DNA of 64,000 nt, taken from an uncultured delta proteobacterium. GTDB taxonomy: Bacteria > Desulfobacterota > BSN033 > UBA1163. The stretch lies in assembly GCA_963827685.1 (NCBI GenBank), contig CAWHBU010000002.1, forward strand, positions 832,001 to 896,000, given 5' to 3'. The position numbers and the translations under genes are program-made. Below are positions 60,015-64,000 of this stretch, in pieces. The notes under the pieces are model-generated. The model was not told the origin of the DNA, ran no database searches, and saw nothing but the letters and a program-made list of their open reading frames with translations. The first letter of the stretch is position 1; every line of letters starts with the position of its first letter.

Positions 60015-60064
60015 CCAAAATTTCATCTGTTCGTCATCAATTCGTAACATTAACCTATTAAAAT
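60011..60064 (+). promoter_or_regulatory. Pho-box-like array with -10 hexamer
   Basis: TTAAC/TTCAT/GTCAT/GTAAC at 60011, 60022, 60033 and 60044 (11-bp period); TAAAAT begins 10 nt after the last unit. Confidence 0.65.
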
Positions 60065-60074
60065 TTCTCACAAA

Positions 60075-60767
60075 ATGTTGCTTTGTGATTTGCATATTCA
60101 CACAAAATATTCCGATGGATCTGTAGAACTCAGAAGAACGGTGGACCTTTTCGGCCAGGCAGGTTTCGATGTCATTGCCATCACGGACCACGTGGTCAAC
60201 GGAGATAATCCCTTTGGAAAACTCGCAAACCGGTTCAAATTTTCTGTGACAGAGGACAGTTTTGAGGCTTACATGTCTCACATCGCCGAAGAAGCCGAGA
60301 GGGCATTGGATCGATATGGGTTGCTGGTTATTCCAGGGGTTGAGATTACCAAAAACTCCTTTTCTTCTGACAAGTCCGCCCATTTCCTGCTGATCGACAT
60401 TAAAGAATTCATCCCAGCTTCGTGGAGCTATGAGAAGATCTTTCTTGAGGCCAAGAAGCAAGACGCTCTTATTGTCGCCTGTCACCCTCACCGTACCTCA
60501 GAGAAGAGCTTCATCGATACGCTCTTTCTCTGGAATAATAGAGACAAGTACGCCAGGTACATCGACGCCTGGGAGATCGCCAATCGGGACGATGTCTTTA
60601 ACGTCATCAGCCTTAAAAAATACCCTTACATTGCAGGGAGCGATTTTCACAAGGTCAGGCACCTTTATTCTTGGAAATCCCTTCTGAATTGCCAAAAAGA
60701 CGTGGAATCAATCAAACAGTGTATTCGATCGAACTGGGGAGTAGCCATCACCCTCTTTAGAAACTAA
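60075..60767 (+). CDS. PHP-family metal-dependent phosphoesterase
   Basis: DLHIHTKYSDG, AITDH, PGVEIT, CHPH and GSDFH. Confidence 0.9.
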   Translation: MLLCDLHIHTKYSDGSVELRRTVDLFGQAGFDVIAITDHVVNGDNPFGKLANRFKFSVTEDSFEAYMSHIAEEAERALDRYGLLVIPGVEITKNSFSSDKSAHFLLIDIKEFIPASWSYEKIFLEAKKQDALIVACHPHRTSEKSFIDTLFLWNNRDKYARYIDAWEIANRDDVFNVISLKKYPYIAGSDFHKVRHLYSWKSLLNCQKDVESIKQCIRSNWGVAITLFRN

Positions 60768-60806
60768 GAGAAGCCATTGGAATAGAGCAATATAAGGAGA
60801 AAACAT

Positions 60807-62018
60807 ATGGTGCTTTTTTGGATTTTTGGAGTAGTAGTTTTTGGGGGATTAATCATTTATGGTCTTCAAATCATTGCGGTTCGGTCAACCCTTTCCTCAT
60901 CGGGAAATCGAAAGGACCATTCGAACCCATCACCATCCTTTCCGCCCATTTCAATTCTTAAGCCCCTCAAAGGGTTAGAAGACAACCTGTTTGGAAACCT
61001 GGAGAGTTTTTGTCTCCAGGACTATCCTGAATATGAAATTATTTTTTCGCTCCAGGATGAGAATGATCCTGCTTTCAAAGTGGTCCGGAAGATAATAGAG
61101 AAATTTGCGGATAAACCCATTTCGATCGTCATTGAAAGATGTCATCGTGGGTTTAATCCAAAGGTCAATAACCTGTTTTCAGCCTACCGGCTTTCAAGAT
61201 ATCCAATGATCTTAATAAGCGATAGCAACGTCATGGTAGATCCGTTTTACTTAAGAACGATTGTAAAGCCTATGGAAAACCCGGACGTCGGACTGGTCTG
61301 CAACTTGATCAAAGGCATAGGGGGAAAGACCATCGGTTCGATCTTTGAGAACCTCCATTTAAACTCATTCATCGTTGGGAACATTTGCTTTCTGGATAAG
61401 TATCTAACGATCCCGTGCGTCGTGGGGAAATCCATGCTCATGAGAAAAAGCGATTTGGAAGCCATCGGCGGCCTGGCGTCTGTTAAGGATGTTCTGGCAG
61501 AGGATCATTTCATCGGTGAAAAGATCAGAGGGCAAAAGCAAAGGGTGGTTATCTCAAATTACTTGATCAACAACGTAAACGAATATTGGAATCTCCGGAA
61601 GTTTATCAATCGTCATGTCAGGTGGGGAAAGATGAGATGGAAAATTGGAGGGATGAAATATCTTCTCGAGTTGACCATCAACCCTGTATTCACCGCTTTT
61701 CTCCCCTTGCTCCTATTGGGTCCGACGGAAAAAACCCTCTCTCTGCTTTCGCTGGTTTGTCTGATAAAAATCCTCGGCGATTTCTATCTCGGGAGGAGCA
61801 TCTCAAGGCCCATGCACCCCTTGGTCTATCTCTTATCACCTATTAAAGACCTTCTCATCGGTTTAATCTGGTTTGTTCCCTTTGCCGACAACACCGTGAT
61901 CTGGAGAGGAAACCGTTATCAGATTGGGAAGGACACAAGGCTATCTCTCTGTCCGGAAAAGGAAGGAGCCTGGATGTATAGAATCATGAATGGTATCAAA
62001 GCAAAATTGGCTTGGTAG
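60807..62018 (+). CDS. GT21/GT2 ceramide-glucosyltransferase-like (HpnI-like) membrane glycosyltransferase
   Basis: N-terminal TM, ILKPLKG, NPKVNNL, ISDSNV, GKSML, LAEDH, RHVRW, C-terminal TMs and WRG. Confidence 0.88.
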   Translation: MVLFWIFGVVVFGGLIIYGLQIIAVRSTLSSSGNRKDHSNPSPSFPPISILKPLKGLEDNLFGNLESFCLQDYPEYEIIFSLQDENDPAFKVVRKIIEKFADKPISIVIERCHRGFNPKVNNLFSAYRLSRYPMILISDSNVMVDPFYLRTIVKPMENPDVGLVCNLIKGIGGKTIGSIFENLHLNSFIVGNICFLDKYLTIPCVVGKSMLMRKSDLEAIGGLASVKDVLAEDHFIGEKIRGQKQRVVISNYLINNVNEYWNLRKFINRHVRWGKMRWKIGGMKYLLELTINPVFTAFLPLLLLGPTEKTLSLLSLVCLIKILGDFYLGRSISRPMHPLVYLLSPIKDLLIGLIWFVPFADNTVIWRGNRYQIGKDTRLSLCPEKEGAWMYRIMNGIKAKLAW

Positions 62019-62042
62019 GACGGGGAAACAGAGGAGGAGTTC

Positions 62043-62321
62043 ATGAATGAGCTTTCTTTATACGAAGATGAAAGCGAAGAAAGGCAGCACTTAAGTGCTA
62101 TTCAAATGCTTGTCAAGGATGTGGGATCTTCAGAAGAGGAGATTCGTAACCTTTATGAGGGTGTTTTGCAAGAGTTTAAGAACGAAGCGAGAATTAAAAC
62201 CTTCCTGCCCATCCTTGTTAGTAAGAAGGTTAAAGAACTTCTCCAAACGAGGGAAGGACAACAATCTGAGATTCTGTGCATCAGGAAGCGACGAGGCATG
62301 ATGTTTAATTGGGTCATATGA
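62043..62321 (+). CDS. Small helical protein (DUF3562-like)
   Basis: AI..L......EEIR.LY......ARIKTFLPILV..KV pattern; SD GAGGAG. Confidence 0.6.
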   Translation: MNELSLYEDESEERQHLSAIQMLVKDVGSSEEEIRNLYEGVLQEFKNEARIKTFLPILVSKKVKELLQTREGQQSEILCIRKRRGMMFNWVI

Positions 62322-62350
62322 TCAAAGCTCTGTAGAATCGACCCGCTCAT

Positions 62351-62415
62351 CTGACATAAATTTAACAAAGAATTCATTGATCCTTAATAAAATCGTGATA
62401 ATCACATTGTATGCT
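62351..62415 (+). promoter_or_regulatory. Second Pho-box-like array with -10 hexamer
   Basis: CTGAC/TTAAC/TTCAT/TTAAT/GTGAT at 62351, 62362, 62373, 62384 and 62395 (11-bp period); TATGCT begins 10 nt after the last unit. Confidence 0.5.
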
Positions 62416-62447
62416 TCTAACAACCTTATGAAAGGAAGGATATTGAA

Positions 62448-62690
62448 ATGGAGAAAACGGCTTATCTTCCAAGTATCATAATCAGACGTGAACGTCTATT
62501 GGTCAAGTGGGAAGGAGTCATCACCCCTCTTGTCGCGTCGTGTGCCCTCGTAGCGATTGTCCTTGGAATCGTTTGGCTGTTTTTAAGGAAAGACAACCTG
62601 CTCTTTGTCATGTTGGGTTTTAGTTCATGCTATTTGATTGGAAGGAAGTTTTGGAGGTTTAGATCTCAGAGACTCTCTGTAGAAGATTGA
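62448..62690 (+). CDS. Small two-TM membrane protein
   Basis: SD-like AAGGA, two hydrophobic helices. Confidence 0.55.
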   Translation: MEKTAYLPSIIIRRERLLVKWEGVITPLVASCALVAIVLGIVWLFLRKDNLLFVMLGFSSCYLIGRKFWRFRSQRLSVED

Positions 62691-62717
62691 CGCATAGATA
62701 TCGAAGGAGGATCAAGC

Positions 62718-63047
62718 ATGAAAAGGAGGGATGAGGGAAAGATGAAAAACATGAAAAAATCAGTTGGAAAAGAAACAATGAAGGAGACTGAGAAAAAGGT
62801 AGAATTCAGCCTCTCCGCGCCTGAGGCTAAAGAGGTATTTCTTAGCGGTGAATTTAATCATTGGGATATCCGATCAATGCCGATGAAGAGAGGAAAGGAC
62901 GGAAACTGGAGGGCTCATGCCAGCTTGGCTCCGGGCCGCTATGAATATAAATTTGTTGCAGATAACCATTGGGTAGAGGGTCTCCCTGCTGCGGAACTTG
63001 CCGCCAATTCCTTTGGCACACAGAATTTAGTTCTACGGGTTGAATGA
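62718..63047 (+). CDS. Stand-alone glycogen-binding CBM48 / isoamylase early-set domain protein
   Basis: APEAKEVFLSGEFNHW, L.PGRYEYKFV.D..W and N.FG..N. Confidence 0.88.
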   Translation: MKRRDEGKMKNMKKSVGKETMKETEKKVEFSLSAPEAKEVFLSGEFNHWDIRSMPMKRGKDGNWRAHASLAPGRYEYKFVADNHWVEGLPAAELAANSFGTQNLVLRVE

Positions 63048-63106
63048 ACAGACTTTGCCAAGATGGGTCGTGAGCAAAGCCAAAACATCCAAGGAGGGAC
63101 CATTCA

Positions 63107-63292
63107 ATGATCTTGAGAGAAGGGGACAAAGTAAAGAAAACAGAAAGTGGAACTGTCTATGAGGTGAAAAAGATCCATGATAAGGGGTTTGTGATCCTGA
63201 GTTCAGAGGATGGGTCAAGGACCGCATTGATGAATTTGAAGGAATTGGATCTATACTTTACACTGGTTGGTGCCTGCCTTGCGGAGGGGTGA
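63107..63292 (+). CDS. Small hypothetical beta-rich protein
   Basis: SD AGGAGG; GDKV...G.VYEV pattern (SH3/KOW-like). Confidence 0.5.
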   Translation: MILREGDKVKKTESGTVYEVKKIHDKGFVILSSEDGSRTALMNLKELDLYFTLVGACLAEG

Positions 63293-63452
63293 AGTTCCTT
63301 ATAAGGAGCGGAAGTCCAATGTCTTAAAGGAACGACTCCCAAGCTTTAGTATTAGTAAAAGAAGGCAAGGCGATTCTGCCCATGGTCCGATCCGCATTTA
63401 CAATTTTACCTCGGACGCCACAGATGAAGAGAAAAATATCCATGGAGGGCGG

Positions 63453-63773
63453 ATGGCTTGGTTCTACCTCTTGGCGGCGGCGGTGTTTGAAATCGGGTGG
63501 ATATACAGTCTGAAATTCACTGAAGGGTTTACCCGACTTTGGCCCACGGTTTCTTACGGTTTTTTTGGTTTAGGAGCTGTTTTCTTTCTTTCCTTAACCC
63601 TAAGATATATGCCCGTGGGCGTGACTTATGCGGTTTGGGTAGGGATAGCAGCAGCGGGTAGTAATATTGTGGGAATTCTTTTTTTCGGCGAACCTTATAG
63701 GTTTGCAAGGATATTATTTATTGTAATGATCATCGGTGGCGTCGTAGGGTTAAAGTTCTCTTCGGTCAAGTAG
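63453..63773 (+). CDS. sugE: SMR family exporter, SugE/Gdx subtype
   Basis: MAW..L..A..FEIGW...LK...GF and G..YAVWVGI; four TM helices; SD GGAGG. Confidence 0.85.
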   Translation: MAWFYLLAAAVFEIGWIYSLKFTEGFTRLWPTVSYGFFGLGAVFFLSLTLRYMPVGVTYAVWVGIAAAGSNIVGILFFGEPYRFARILFIVMIIGGVVGLKFSSVK

Positions 63774-63784
63774 TGTTCGGGTGG

Positions 63785-63931
63785 ACCCCGTTAGAAATTC
63801 CAGTCGTTGCGACTCGAAACCGAGCGGGGTATCAAACCCCGCGGGAATTATATTGGGGCCTAACCCCGCTGCAAAGCCCTGCACCGCATGGTGTACAGGG
63901 CAAAGCAGCGAGGCATCATTTCTAACGGGGT
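63785..63931. mobile_element. MITE-like family D element, copy 2, with two nested mini-hairpin inserts
   Basis: 14-bp terminal inverted repeat ACCCCGTTAGAAAT / ATTTCTAACGGGGT. Confidence 0.75.
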
Positions 63932-64000
63932 GAAGAGACCTTCAACGGGCTTATAGGTTTAAAAGGGAATTTCATAGATGAACCCTATCCTGATTGTTGA

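Noticed and set aside
63293-63452. Guanidine riboswitch upstream of the SugE/Gdx gene
   Set aside because: No paired ACGR-loop hairpins or other recognisable guanidine-I/III motifs; an Rfam scan would be needed to exclude it fully
63267-63452. 62-aa N-terminal extension of the SMR transporter
   Set aside because: SMR proteins start at MAW; an SD GGAGG lies directly before ATG 63453
1-64000. CRISPR array, integron attC array or transposase gene
   Set aside because: Repeats are dispersed palindromes, not regularly spaced direct repeats with spacers; no cas, integrase or transposase ORF was recognised

Overview
A 64-kb chromosomal segment from an anaerobic, delta-proteobacterium-like organism (Desulfobacterota-like; inferred from romR-valS linkage, iorAB, a tungsten-type AOR, an HdrD/NarI fusion and selB). 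It is mostly housekeeping and anaerobic-metabolism genes (gatCA, valS, selB, hup, purF, galE, dgt, cca, mscL, rmuC, ltaE, malic enzyme). No rRNA, tRNA, CRISPR array or transposase was seen. Three things stand out. (1) At about 56.7-63.3 kb, a PhoB/PhoR-type two-component pair is directly followed by a GH1 beta-glycosidase. Two 11-bp-periodic Pho-box-like arrays, each 10 nt upstream of a -10 hexamer, precede a PHP phosphoesterase plus GT21 (ceramide-glucosyltransferase-like) pair and a small-gene/CBM48 unit. This is a candidate reversible phosphate-starvation glycolipid-remodelling system. (2) An accessory, partly decayed island at about 43.3-49.8 kb carries an FRG-domain gene, an unannotated RHH repressor with a consensus promoter and operator-like repeats, gene remnants and an unusual alpha/beta-hydrolase-AAA+ fusion. 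(3) Many intergenic spaces hold palindromic repeats of several families, and the same 17-34-nt mini-hairpin modules are nested inside different host repeat families. Two genes are interrupted (trmJ by a frameshift, a WD40 gene by an in-frame TGA), and the phoB-like gene has no canonical start codon. All protein family calls come from motif recognition by eye, not database searches.
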